From a virus (Duplodnaviria > Caudoviricetes), in the IMG/VR virus record IMGVR_UViG_3300020049_003954, positions 1,070-65,069 of that record: a stretch of DNA of 64,000 bases. One strand, written 5' to 3'. How positions within the stretch are numbered: the first letter of the stretch is position 1; each line of letters begins with the position of its first letter. This document shows positions 47,114-56,396 of the stretch, in pieces. The notes below the pieces were generated by a model. The model did not search any database, was not told where the DNA came from, and saw only the letters and a list, made by a program, of their open reading frames with translations. The translations under genes were made by a program, and so were the position numbers.

Positions 47114-47481
47114 CTAGCCCACTCCTTGATAGCCTTAACAAAAGCCTTACCCTCATCGGTGTACATATAGAATTCACCATTGAAATCTTTAGCGTTGATA
47201 TGCTGCACCATTTCAGTGCGAGTCATCCACTGAATTGAATTCCAAAGGTCATCACGCAAAGCAACAATTTGATCATAATCATTGTAAGCTGCTTCTAAAG
47301 CGTCACAACCACTGCATGAACCCCAACCGAAGATCAGCAAACCATACTGTCCGTCGTTCTCAAACAGGTAGTATGAGTCACCCTGATAATCGTGGTCCAT
47401 ACCCTCAACGAGAGTGGTGAGTTCCATTGAATTAATCAGATCATCATAACCGAGATAACCTTCTTTGGGTAATGCTTTCAT
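47110..47481 (-). CDS. Phage protein (GWGSCSGCD motif)
   Basis: DYQGD...FGWGSCSGCDAL. Confidence 0.7.
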   Translation of the reverse strand: MKALPKEGYLGYDDLINSMELTTLVEGMDHDYQGDSYYLFENDGQYGLLIFGWGSCSGCDALEAAYNDYDQIVALRDDLWNSIQWMTRTEMVQHINAKDFNGEFYMYTDEGKAFVKAIKEWAS

Positions 47482-47504
47482 TTAACTCTCCTTTTGTTTT
47501 CTAG

Positions 47505-47530
47505 TAGGCCCCCAGGGAATCGAACCCTGA
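47505..47530 (-). pseudogene. tRNA 3' remnant
   Basis: CAGGG-TTCGATT-CCCTG-GGGGCCT-A. Confidence 0.55.
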
Positions 47531-47551
47531 TCTACTTAGATAATGTTTAAG

Positions 47552-47638
47552 TGGGAGCACTGGGGTTCGAACCCAGGATGGGGCTTTCGCCACGGCGGAT
47601 TAAGAGTCCGCTAGAATCGTCCACTATCTCATACTCCC
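47552..47638 (-). tRNA. tRNA with Lys anticodon (CUU) and a long variable arm
   Basis: GGGAGTA/TGCTCCC acceptor, 3-bp D stem, GCGGA-CTCTTAA-TCCGC, 18-nt variable arm, canonical T arm. Confidence 0.85.
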
Positions 47639-47706
47639 TAGAATTACTTTTTAGATTGTTTCCATTCTTTCATATAAAGACTATATGCTGCTTTGCAGTC
47701 GCTACA

Positions 47707-48012
47707 TCATTTACATCCCTGCCAATAGCGACGCGTAGTTCCATGTTCATTTATAACTTTGTGATGATCTTTATGACATTCATCACAAAGAATTTCGCAT
47801 TTATTAAGTTCCGCTACTATCTTTACCCAAGAATGATGCCATCCTTTAGCTATTGTAAAGGACTTTGTTTTAGGATCTATATGGTGAATTTCAAGATCTT
47901 CTTGACCTTTGCAGTTAACACAAATGCCACCGAGATAATCCAGAGCCTTAAGTCTGCGCTTAGCAGAATACTCTCTCATATATTCTCTCATGTATTCATT
48001 TGAGTTAGCCAT
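47707..48012 (-). CDS. HNH endonuclease between two tRNAs
   Basis: CVNC..LEIHHIDP..CEILCDECH; C-terminal HGT..Y..GC. Confidence 0.85.
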   Translation of the reverse strand: MANSNEYMREYMREYSAKRRLKALDYLGGICVNCKGQEDLEIHHIDPKTKSFTIAKGWHHSWVKIVAELNKCEILCDECHKDHHKVINEHGTTRRYWQGCK

Positions 48013-48042
48013 ACCTTATCTTTCTATCTTTAATAGCTATAG

Positions 48043-48126
48043 TGGGCAGAGTTGGATTTGAACCAACGATGTATCTTACGTCACGGTTTTACAGACCGCT
48101 TGCTTCAGCCACTTGCATACCTACCC
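48043..48126 (-). tRNA. tRNA-Tyr(GUA)
   Basis: GCGGT-CTGTAAA-ACCGT, long variable arm, T arm. Confidence 0.9.
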
Positions 48127-48302
48127 TTGCACCCATTACTCTCGTCAGAGTAACTTACTGTTTCAATAACGATGAGAAAGTTTTATCCCGAAGGAACGCT
48201 ATCTAGCCTTACGTTACGAATCACTTTTTTATGACTAGTTAACTCATCTTTATCTTATCAGTCTCTTAGGGTTGTTGTCCACCGGGTCAGTGGAGATATA
48301 AA

Positions 48303-48527
48303 TTACTTACCAGGCTCAAATCCATATGCACTCACGATTGCGCCATCAGGAACCAAGGATGCAGATAAAGCAGCGAATGATTCCTGTGCTGCCTTCTCCG
48401 TATAGAACTTAGCTTCATTAGCATCAATCTCTGGATTGCCTGGGAAACTATACGATACCTTAAACGGTGCTTCCATTACTAACCCTTTCTTCAATCTCTG
48501 CTTCCCAGAGTTCATCAAGGATAGCAT
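48303..48527 (-). CDS. Hypothetical protein (likely start MEAPF)
   Basis: ORF track. Confidence 0.45.
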   Translation of the reverse strand: MLSLMNSGKQRLKKGLVMEAPFKVSYSFPGNPEIDANEAKFYTEKAAQESFAALSASLVPDGAIVSAYGFEPGK

Positions 48528-48921
48528 ACTCCTTAGCGGCTGTCAAGCCAGGGAGAGGAAACTCATAATAGTACCGATTCGACAGGTCAAATCCATACTC
48601 AGTCCCATCAAAGTCCCCATCAACCTCATACTGAATGATTCCGACAGCATCATTATAACTGCCGAATTCATCAACGCTCAACTTCTCCTTCGGCAGTCGT
48701 TCACCATCTTCTGAAAGATAGTTGTCAAGCTGACAAAGAACGCAGCCCGTACCGTTAGTGGGCGTGCCCGCAGAAAGATTCAACTTACGAACATTAATAG
48801 CGCCAGCCCACCCAGGCCAATGCTCATCAAGAAACTCTGCACCCTTCTTCACGTTTACCTTCAACACATCGTTGGTAAACTTCCTAATTGCCGGTGTCAC
48901 TTCATCTACAGTCATGTTCAT
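48460..48921 (-). CDS. Hypothetical protein
   Basis: 153 aa, CVLCQL. Confidence 0.6.
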   Translation of the reverse strand: MNMTVDEVTPAIRKFTNDVLKVNVKKGAEFLDEHWPGWAGAINVRKLNLSAGTPTNGTGCVLCQLDNYLSEDGERLPKEKLSVDEFGSYNDAVGIIQYEVDGDFDGTEYGFDLSNRYYYEFPLPGLTAAKEYAILDELWEAEIEERVSNGSTV

Positions 48922-48965
48922 CCTTACTAAATATAACGGACTATTTGTTTTTTATGGAAAAACGA

Positions 48966-49250
48966 TTAGATCGTCGTCCACTTGCCATCAGAAAGAAACT
49001 TAATCTCGGTACAACCAGCATTTGGCATACCGTAATCATCCAAAGGCTCAAAGCCATCGTATTCCCCAACGATACGACCAGTGTAATACCACTCACCATC
49101 GTCATCATACATGCGGAACTGTTCACCAGAACCATTGTCAAGAAGGGCTTCCAAAGAATCCAGAATATCTCGTGGACCCTTGGTTCCAGTCTCAACATCT
49201 AAACCGATGTCGGGACTACCCTCTGTAATTAACCATCCGTAATCACTCAT
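48966..49250 (-). CDS. Phage protein (FRMYDDDGE..Y.G...PLD.YG..GC)
   Basis: 94 aa. Confidence 0.7.
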   Translation of the reverse strand: MSDYGWLITEGSPDIGLDVETGTKGPRDILDSLEALLDNGSGEQFRMYDDDGEWYYTGRIVGEYDGFEPLDDYGMPNAGCTEIKFLSDGKWTTI

Positions 49251-49301
49251 TACCAGTTACCCTTTCGACAAGCCTTCTTAGAGGCGTCCTTACGCTTATC
49301 C

Positions 49302-49640
49302 TTAAAGGTGTGAGCGGTCTGATTGATCCGCCACATCTTCTCTGGACTCCGAGACTTCATGATTATTCCTTCTGTTAAGAATCTGAGTGTACCACCAGAT
49401 ATCACCACCAGCGAAATACAATGAATCAAGACCAAGGTACTCAGCCGTCATCCAAACTTCACCGAAAAGCTGCATGAGAATACAATTCTCACTGTCAATC
49501 ATGTCCATTCGATCAAGGTCAATTTCGTTGAACCAATTAGGATAAACATAATCAAGCTTCTTTGCTTGGTCATCAATATCATCCCAATAAGATCTATAGT
49601 GACTTTCCCAATCATCCCACACGCCCAATGTAAAATTCAT
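49302..49640 (-). CDS. Hypothetical protein
   Basis: 112 aa; CILMQL resembles the motif in 48460..48921. Confidence 0.6.
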   Translation of the reverse strand: MNFTLGVWDDWESHYRSYWDDIDDQAKKLDYVYPNWFNEIDLDRMDMIDSENCILMQLFGEVWMTAEYLGLDSLYFAGGDIWWYTQILNRRNNHEVSESREDVADQSDRSHL

Positions 49641-49648
49641 GAATCTCC

Positions 49649-51202
49649 TTAAATCATCATTTCGAATACTTCATCAACAAAGGACTCAGTGTAGTCAGGA
49701 CCATTATCAACACCGGCATTAATACCTTCGGTGACAACAGCCTTCTTACTGAGAACTTCCATAACATGCTCTTCCACAGTATTAGCTGCGTAAAGCGTAT
49801 GAATCGTACAGTTACGAGTCTGCGTAACACGGTAGATTCTATCAGAAGCCTGCTCAAACTCAGCAGGACTCCAAGGAAGCTGAATGAAAACAAGATTAGC
49901 CGAGTTCTCTAGGTTCAGTCCAGTACCAGCAGAACTGATATTACCAATCAGGACAGGAACCTCACCACTCTTAAAGCGGTCAATGTTCGTAGCCTTCTGA
50001 CTAGGTGAATCAGAACCAGTAAAGGTCACTGAGCGAATCTTCAACTTACCAAGTTCAGCCTTAAACGCTGCAACAACGCTCTTATGGTGAGCCATCACAA
50101 CAATCTGCTCATCCTGCTCCACCATATTTGCAACGTATTCTGCGGAGGATTCGATCTTAGCAAGTGCGGCATACTCCACCAACTTACCAAGCTGAACAAG
50201 CTTCTCAGAACCACTCACACGCTCCACTGCGGCGCTTCCACCGTTCACCAGAAGCCACTCAGTGAAGTTGTTCAGAATGTTGCCGTACTCCTTAAGACCG
50301 GGCTTAGACGGCATCATAGCGTGTTCCACGAACAGCTTATCAGGCATATCGAGAACATCTTCACGCTCAATACGAATGTATCCGGTAGAACGCAAAGCCT
50401 CATGCAGTCCAACAGGATCTTTACAACCGTTAGGAACACGAATCCAAACAGACTTCTTAGACTTCTTGCCGTCCTTATCCTTAACGTGCTTCTCAACCAT
50501 CATATCTTCCATGAAGCACCAGCGGTTACACCACTTATTGTACGAGGAAGAACCGACGATAGAAGTAGCAATGCCAGCAATTTGTGAAGGCATCCAAACT
50601 TCTTCGGCATCATTGGTAGCAAGAGTACCAGTCATAAGAATAACAACACCGCTGTTCTTGCGAACAACTTCTGCAATCTCAGAGGTAGCCTCTGCACGCT
50701 TAGCAGACTTATTCTTATGACGCTGAGCCTCATCAACAACCAAAGTCGTAGGATTCCACTTAGCAATCTCACCCTTCCAGTAATTCACAACGGAATCACC
50801 GATCACAACAACATCAAGATTGTTGTCAATAACAGAAGGAGTTTGACCACGCAGAACTTCATAACGAAGATGAGGGAAAAGCTTCTTGATTTCCTTTTCC
50901 CAAGGATCGTAGGTCAGAGAAGGAGGAATCACAATAACCGTCTTACCGTCAAGATTCGCAATTGCAGTGAGAGCAGTAGGAGTCTTTCCCATGCCAGGAG
51001 CAAAGCCAAGAATACCACGCTTAAACTTCACGATAGTCTCGACTGCCGCAATCTGGTATCCACGCAGAGTAATCTGCTGAGGAAGCAATTCCGGCACCCA
51101 ATCAGTTTCTGCACGAGATGAGAACTCAATAAAGCCATCATCAAGAATCTTTGGTTCAGCCTCCTTAGAGATATCACCAAGGAGATTCAATAGATCGTTC
51201 AC
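49649..51202 (-). CDS. SNF2/HARP-like helicase
   Basis: LRGYQ, PGMGKT, VDEAQ, MTGT, GTGLNL, QASDRIYR. Confidence 0.9.
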   Translation of the reverse strand: MNDLLNLLGDISKEAEPKILDDGFIEFSSRAETDWVPELLPQQITLRGYQIAAVETIVKFKRGILGFAPGMGKTPTALTAIANLDGKTVIVIPPSLTYDPWEKEIKKLFPHLRYEVLRGQTPSVIDNNLDVVVIGDSVVNYWKGEIAKWNPTTLVVDEAQRHKNKSAKRAEATSEIAEVVRKNSGVVILMTGTLATNDAEEVWMPSQIAGIATSIVGSSSYNKWCNRWCFMEDMMVEKHVKDKDGKKSKKSVWIRVPNGCKDPVGLHEALRSTGYIRIEREDVLDMPDKLFVEHAMMPSKPGLKEYGNILNNFTEWLLVNGGSAAVERVSGSEKLVQLGKLVEYAALAKIESSAEYVANMVEQDEQIVVMAHHKSVVAAFKAELGKLKIRSVTFTGSDSPSQKATNIDRFKSGEVPVLIGNISSAGTGLNLENSANLVFIQLPWSPAEFEQASDRIYRVTQTRNCTIHTLYAANTVEEHVMEVLSKKAVVTEGINAGVDNGPDYTESFVDEVFEMMI

Positions 51203-51224
51203 TTATTCACCACTTTCCAGCACA

Positions 51225-51620
51225 CTAGAGTTTAGCTGCTTTTAGTTTTGCATTATACTTTTTCTTTGCAGCTTTCCGACAAGTTCTACAATGTCTCTCA
51301 ACATACCCTTCTTTAGTTGTAAAGACATAGGTATTTTCTTCTGAATACTCATGATTTTGAGGACAGTGAGTTTTATCCTTCTGACCCCAATCACCATTAA
51401 TAAAACCATGCTCTTTCATGTGTTGTGATTGAGTCATAGGTTCTAGGTGGTCTAAATTAACACACCATGAATTTTCACACTTATGGTGCAGCATTAAGTC
51501 ACTGTCTAGTGGACCATATTCCAGTTCCCAAAGATATCTATAAGCATATTGCTTATCATCAGTTACTGGCCTACCATCAGATTGTCTATGTTTTCCGTTC
51601 CATTTAATACATTCGTCCAT
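51225..51620 (-). CDS. HNH homing endonuclease
   Basis: CIKW, LHHKCENSWCVNLDHLEP, KTHCPQNH, CRTC; own promoter. Confidence 0.88.
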   Translation of the reverse strand: MDECIKWNGKHRQSDGRPVTDDKQYAYRYLWELEYGPLDSDLMLHHKCENSWCVNLDHLEPMTQSQHMKEHGFINGDWGQKDKTHCPQNHEYSEENTYVFTTKEGYVERHCRTCRKAAKKKYNAKLKAAKL

Positions 51621-51626
51621 GTGTTT

Positions 51627-51655
51627 ATTATAGCACAAAAACTATATTAAATCAA
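51627..51655 (-). promoter_or_regulatory. Sigma70/SigA-type promoter
   Basis: TTGATT-17-TATAAT with TGTGC; ATG 6 nt after the -10. Confidence 0.75.
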
Positions 51656-52347
51656 CCTAATCCCCACTTGGAAGCGCACGTTGGTCCAATGCCGGCCTCA
51701 ATAGAAACAGGGTCAGTAAGGAGAGCTCCACAAGCAATACAAACGCCAGTCTTGCGACCGAATGCCTTAGCCTCTTCCAAAGAAAGCTTCTCACCAAGAC
51801 CAGCCAAACCAGCCTTGCCGATATAATTACGCTTTCCATCACGAGTAATCTCACGAGCAACAAGAAAACCATTCTTAGTGAAGTAGGCTTCAATAATCTT
51901 ATCACCCTTATGGTAGAAACCAGGGGTGACATTAGAAACATCTTCCTTAAAGGGAAGAGCAAGGGTCTTATTACCATCAGTAGAAAGGATCTTCCCAATC
52001 TTGACAGTCTGGGTTCCCTTCTTAGAAGTAACCTCAACCTCAGCACCCTCAATAATCACAGAGGCATCACCAGAGATTGCCCAATCATTACCAACCTTCT
52101 TCCAACGAATCTCGGTGGCATTGGCAGGCTTAATCTTATCCTTTACAGAGATAAGAATCGGGATAACCTTCTTAGCGTCAGCAAAGGAGATATCCTCATC
52201 TCCAAGAGCCTTAACCAGAATGTCCTTAACATCAACAATCTCAGCAGAAACCTGTTGTGCAGTTTCTGCATCAGTCTCTGCTGCAAATTTGGTAATGTCA
52301 GCGTATAGGTTCTTGATAAAGTTAACCTGCTTCTCAGAAGCACTCAT
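51652..52347 (-). CDS. Protein with C-terminal DUF6011-like Zn motif
   Basis: CIACGALLTDPVSIEAGIGPTC. Confidence 0.75.
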   Translation of the reverse strand: MSASEKQVNFIKNLYADITKFAAETDAETAQQVSAEIVDVKDILVKALGDEDISFADAKKVIPILISVKDKIKPANATEIRWKKVGNDWAISGDASVIIEGAEVEVTSKKGTQTVKIGKILSTDGNKTLALPFKEDVSNVTPGFYHKGDKIIEAYFTKNGFLVAREITRDGKRNYIGKAGLAGLGEKLSLEEAKAFGRKTGVCIACGALLTDPVSIEAGIGPTCASKWGLG

Positions 52348-52401
52348 TTATTTCCTCCGTTGGTGCGGCTCCCACCCTGGGGCCAGAAACCTGCTGAGTT
52401 C

Positions 52402-52899
52402 CTACCTGAGGATTCTCTCAGGAAAGGAACGGAACATCTTCCTAATAATATTGACATACCTACGACGGCCACAAGTCAGGCATTCATCATGATCAGAATT
52501 AATCCACTGCCAATTATGATCAGAACACCGTAAAGGCTTAACCCAACCACCATCAATATCCAAACTGATAGCATCAGGATAGCGAAGAAAGAACTCTGCA
52601 CGAATAGGCAGATCGGTATTGACAATCTCGTATGCCTCTTGAAGAGACTTAGCAGAGATATTCACATTGTCGTAAATCTCTCCACCGTCAATAGTCCTCA
52701 TAAAGACACGAACCGTATAACCATGACCAGAAACTGTACGCAACTTAGGCATTAGCATTTTCCTTCCATAGCATGTCCTGGGCTTCCTGCATAGAGAAAT
52801 CAATTCCCACATGGAAACCATAATCTTCATCTTCAGGATTCGGGATAACAACAGTATGAACCATGTTACGAATATCATAGACTTCATACTTGCGGCCAT
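52402..52899 (-). CDS. Hypothetical protein (likely start MPKLR near 52752)
   Basis: The 5' part overlaps the next ORF in another frame. Confidence 0.5.
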   Translation of the reverse strand: MAASMKSMIFVTWFILLLSRILKMKIMVSMWELISLCRKPRTCYGRKMLMPKLRTVSGHGYTVRVFMRTIDGGEIYDNVNISAKSLQEAYEIVNTDLPIRAEFFLRYPDAISLDIDGGWVKPLRCSDHNWQWINSDHDECLTCGRRRYVNIIRKMFRSFPERILR

Positions 52900-52948
52900 T
52901 ATCGTCAGTAAGGATTGTACCCTTCTTGACTAACCTGTACGACATCAT
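52745..52948 (-). CDS. Hypothetical protein
   Basis: 67 aa with RBS. Confidence 0.55.
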   Translation of the reverse strand: MMSYRLVKKGTILTDDNGRKYEVYDIRNMVHTVVIPNPEDEDYGFHVGIDFSMQEAQDMLWKENANA

Positions 52949-52954
52949 TTACTC

Positions 52955-53140
52955 CTAGTAGTCAGCGATAAAATCAGTGGGCTTATGATAGTGGTCATCC
53001 CAATGATAAGATTGAATCTTACCATTCAGAAACTTAACGAACATTGCTCCACGAGGAACGTAACAGGGATTCCACCTAGGACATTTCGTCGGTGTCCCAT
53101 TCCAATCGACCTTTTTGCCATTCGAAATAGCGTGCATCAT
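52955..53140 (-). CDS. Hypothetical protein (61 aa)
   Basis: RBS AAGGAG; the track's 5' extension is the tRNA. Confidence 0.55.
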   Translation of the reverse strand: MMHAISNGKKVDWNGTPTKCPRWNPCYVPRGAMFVKFLNGKIQSYHWDDHYHKPTDFIADY

Positions 53141-53151
53141 ATCTCCTTTAG

Positions 53152-53234
53152 TGGGGGTAACGGGATTCGAACCCGTACGGATTTCTCCACTTGATTTTGA
53201 GTCAAGCGCGGCTGCCAAATTACGCCATACCCCC
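53152..53234 (-). tRNA. tRNA-Leu(CAA), second copy
   Basis: CTTGA-CTCAAAA-TCAAG, class II cloverleaf. Confidence 0.9.
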
Positions 53235-53280
53235 AGAAACCATTAAGTTTGCTCTACAACTCTCACGGTTGTAAAAGAAT

Positions 53281-53664
53281 TCACATCATTCCTGAGATAG
53301 TTAATTGCACCACTGCACGAGCAATGGGATTAGTTCGGATCTGAAGATAGTAATCATCGTTAGAAAGCTTCCCATCCTTGCTAAGCAATTCAACGGCTGT
53401 CCGAACATAGTTTGCACAACCATCTCTTAGATCAGCCAAATCTTCTGCCGCAAAAAGGGCACCTTCAATGTCCCAAGCAGTTACATCTGTATCCTCAACC
53501 ACATCATGCAGCCAAGCAGTTGCATACTTAAGAGGTTCGGTAATGGGATTGAAATTGGATGCTACACGGTGAACATGAAGGATATACAGTTCTCCATCAT
53601 GTTTATTAACTTCACCACCGTGAGCCTCCAAAGCAATACGAATTGCAATGTCGGTGAACTTCAT
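53281..53664 (-). CDS. HD-domain protein, RelA/SpoT hydrolase (SAH/Mesh1)-like, possibly C-terminally truncated
   Basis: AH.G...K..G..YI.H; LHDVVEDT; lacks the usual K.AD..N ending. Confidence 0.7.
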   Translation of the reverse strand: MKFTDIAIRIALEAHGGEVNKHDGELYILHVHRVASNFNPITEPLKYATAWLHDVVEDTDVTAWDIEGALFAAEDLADLRDGCANYVRTAVELLSKDGKLSNDDYYLQIRTNPIARAVVQLTISGMM

Positions 53665-53679
53665 TGTTCTCCCTCTCGA

Positions 53680-54045
53680 TCAATAAGAACAGCAGATGCG
53701 CTTACAACCCTGCTTCTCATTTACAGCGGTAATCAATCGCTTAAGAAGCTCCTGGTCCGCATCGCTTCGATTTGCGAAACAACCATGAAGATTGTTGACA
53801 AGATCACCAACGAACGTGTCATATTCATAGTTAGTGGATTCGTTACGAACCCTGGCCTTCCAAGCACCATGCAGAGAACTATCTGCATTATCGTAGGTGT
53901 AGAATCCAAGGAGCCTCAGCGTAGTAACGCCAGCGGGATTACCCTTCCAAGAATTGATGACAGAAAACTCTTCATCAATCTTAAAAGTAGTAAGAAACTC
54001 ACCGACATCATGAATTGGCTTTACGGTCACTTTATTTCCCTTCAT
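53680..54045 (-). CDS. Hypothetical protein
   Basis: 121 aa. Confidence 0.55.
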   Translation of the reverse strand: MKGNKVTVKPIHDVGEFLTTFKIDEEFSVINSWKGNPAGVTTLRLLGFYTYDNADSSLHGAWKARVRNESTNYEYDTFVGDLVNNLHGCFANRSDADQELLKRLITAVNEKQGCKRICCSY

Positions 54046-54257
54046 CGAACTACTACCCTTGTGCAGTAGTTATTGAAATTGTAGAAAATCTTCACGAACC
54101 TGAACAGTTCTCTTTCATCAGGATAGCACACTTTTACTAAAAGTATACCTTTACCTACTCCGCAGACCAGATATTCTGGGGAAATTTTATCCCAGCCTTC
54201 TGGAATGTAGAGTTCATAAATGTCACCTTCTTTGAGACTATCCATTGGAACTATCAT
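54042..54257 (-). CDS. Hypothetical protein
   Basis: ATG immediately downstream of tRNA-Glu. Confidence 0.45.
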   Translation of the reverse strand: MIVPMDSLKEGDIYELYIPEGWDKISPEYLVCGVGKGILLVKVCYPDERELFRFVKIFYNFNNYCTRVVVR

Positions 54258-54259
54258 AG

Positions 54260-54331
54260 TACCCCGTAGGAGAATCGAACTCCTATTACAAGGATGAAAA
54301 CCTTGCGTCTTAGCCATTAGACGAACGGGGC
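54260..54331 (-). tRNA. tRNA-Glu(UUC)
   Basis: GCCCCGT/ACGGGGT, CAAGG-TTTTCAT-CCTTG, 72 nt. Confidence 0.9.
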
Positions 54332-54371
54332 ATGTAGCACACTATTTATTACCCGGTGTGCCAGCGGTTGT

Positions 54372-54569
54372 TTACTTAAACAATCCCTCTACAACTACCG
54401 TTGACTTGATAGCTTGCAGAGCCATATCTGAAATAGGTTCTGCAAGCCATCCCTCATCACGCATTCTGGTGACAGTATGTTCTTCGGATTCTGGGGTACC
54501 GAAAGAAGCATACTTAAACAGATACTCAGCTTCCACTGTCTTGCGGAATAGATAATTAGTCCAATACAT
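54372..54569 (-). CDS. Hypothetical protein
   Basis: 65 aa. Confidence 0.5.
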   Translation of the reverse strand: MYWTNYLFRKTVEAEYLFKYASFGTPESEEHTVTRMRDEGWLAEPISDMALQAIKSTVVVEGLFK

Positions 54570-54865
54570 CAGACTTCGACCTTCTGGATCATATTAGCCT
54601 TCACGCCAACAGAAGCATTGGACCACTTCTTATTGTTAAGGATAGGAAGCCTCACCTGAATCTTGTCACCGGCAACGTACTCAATCGTAGCACGCTTACC
54701 AATGAGAAGCTTAGGAGAGCAATCCTTAATCACCACGGTATCACCGGGCGACAAAGTATTCACCATCGCACGAGCAATGGTATCCTTACGGAACTTCACA
54801 GAACGAATAATCTCATCAAGATCATCGTCGTAGAGTCCACCTGCAATGTCAGTTGATAGAGTCAT
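54569..54865 (-). CDS. SH3/KOW-like small protein
   Basis: 98 aa, PGDTV.I..GKRATI. Confidence 0.6.
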   Translation of the reverse strand: MTLSTDIAGGLYDDDLDEIIRSVKFRKDTIARAMVNTLSPGDTVVIKDCSPKLLIGKRATIEYVAGDKIQVRLPILNNKKWSNASVGVKANMIQKVEV

Positions 54866-54874
54866 TTACTCTCC

Positions 54875-55207
54875 TTAGTTTCCGAACCACTCGTTCATCA
54901 GAGTTGTATCTGCACAGAGAGCGAAATGCTCATCTTCTTGAACAGCATAACCAACAGGAATGCCATCAATATACCAGACATCTTCCCGATAGTCAATAGT
55001 ATGACCAGCAGAAAGCATATCTGTCAAAGAATCATTCTCTGGTTGGATATTCAGACACTGAGTCGAGGAACCCAATTGGGCATCCTGAATCTTCACAGTG
55101 GTCAATGAGCCACTATCCTCTACAACCTCATTAAGACTGTAGAGTAGACCACCAAGCACCCCTAGAATAACAACAAGAGTACCAATCATGAATTTCGTCA
55201 TTACCAA
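54875..55207 (-). CDS. Membrane-anchored protein
   Basis: N-terminal TM. Confidence 0.6.
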   Translation of the reverse strand: MVMTKFMIGTLVVILGVLGGLLYSLNEVVEDSGSLTTVKIQDAQLGSSTQCLNIQPENDSLTDMLSAGHTIDYREDVWYIDGIPVGYAVQEDEHFALCADTTLMNEWFGN

Positions 55208-55920
55208 CCTTCCTTCAAGCTAGGCTTCAAACGAATGCCGGTAGCACTGAAAAGAAACTCCGTCATCTCACGAGGAACCTGATGACAGAGAAGATCAAGA
55301 GTCATGAGAGTATCACAACTAAACATCTTTGTCACCTCATCCACGATTCGCTCAACAGAAATATCCTGCAACATTTCAAGAGCGAGGGGAGACATCAAAG
55401 CCTTCCGAGTCTGTGCCTCAAAGAAGAAACTCTTTGTGATAAAGAAACGGAAACCACGGAGAGTTCTCAATCCATCTTCACGGATTCGATCCTCAGGATT
55501 ACCAACGAAACGGAGAATTCCGATCTCAAGATCATCAATTCCACAATGGGGATCAATAATCTCACCAGTGATTGCATTGCGAGCAATAGCATTCACAGTA
55601 AAGTCACGACGTGCAAGGTCGTCCAAAATGGTTCCAGGCTCCACGAAATCAGGTCTACGACCATCGGAACTAGGACCATCCTTACGACACATCACAAAGT
55701 CTGCGACCCTTGTACGGTTCTCCAAAGGGTTACCCTTAGGAACCTTTGCACGGATAGTAAAGAACTCAGGGCGCTCTTCAAAGATTTCGAAACCATCTTC
55801 GATAAGCTCATCTCGCATATCTTCAAAGCTAGGAGCTTCTACTGCGAAATCAACATCCTTAGAAGGAATGCCCTTAAATTCATCTCGGAGGCAACCTCCT
55901 ACTTCAAACTTCTGGAACAT
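55201..55920 (-). CDS. cca: Class II tRNA nucleotidyltransferase (CCA-adding), short form
   Basis: VGGCLRD, DVDF, RKD..SDGRRP loop, DLARRDFTVNA, EDGLRTLRGFRF, ERI..E. Confidence 0.9.
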   Translation of the reverse strand: MFQKFEVGGCLRDEFKGIPSKDVDFAVEAPSFEDMRDELIEDGFEIFEERPEFFTIRAKVPKGNPLENRTRVADFVMCRKDGPSSDGRRPDFVEPGTILDDLARRDFTVNAIARNAITGEIIDPHCGIDDLEIGILRFVGNPEDRIREDGLRTLRGFRFFITKSFFFEAQTRKALMSPLALEMLQDISVERIVDEVTKMFSCDTLMTLDLLCHQVPREMTEFLFSATGIRLKPSLKEGW

Positions 55921-56030
55921 TATCCCATTCCTTTACCGCTTCACGGCATTGATTAATTAGCTCATGGAACTGACGATTACTCGCCACCTTCTCGACACAA
56001 GCTAAACGGCGAATTTGTGCATCTGTATGC

Positions 56031-56396
56031 TTATTGAGCAGGCTGGAGAGCGCCATTTTCAGCACGCACCCTTCCTACATTAGTAGCATAGAATTCCCGT
56101 GCCTTGTTAAGATCATCGAATGTTTCCCAGATACGGGCTTCGGGCCAGTCACGAGAATCATCGAAGATAATAACATGGGTAGCCCCATGCTCAGAGTAGA
56201 GCCTAAAGGAAGTCTTGTAAACTTCCAAATACTCCTGGTATCCACACATCAGCGTGTATTCATTCAACCATCCATCAGGAGTGTATCCAATAGCGTTGAT
56301 ATGATCTGGAACATCTAAAAGATGATATTCCTGTTCTCTCGCATTACAACCGTGCGGGGCTTTCATGTTAGTCATAATCGTACACACTCCATCCAT
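56031..56396 (-). CDS. Hypothetical protein
   Basis: 121 aa. Confidence 0.55.
   Translation of the reverse strand: MDGVCTIMTNMKAPHGCNAREQEYHLLDVPDHINAIGYTPDGWLNEYTLMCGYQEYLEVYKTSFRLYSEHGATHVIIFDDSRDWPEARIWETFDDLNKAREFYATNVGRVRAENGALQPAQ

Noticed and set aside
50084-52492. Plus-strand ORFs opposite SNF2 and the DUF6011-like gene
   Set aside because: Antisense shadows with no motifs or RBS
55282-55960. Long plus-strand ORFs (224 and 218 aa)
   Set aside because: Antisense shadows of the CCA-adding enzyme
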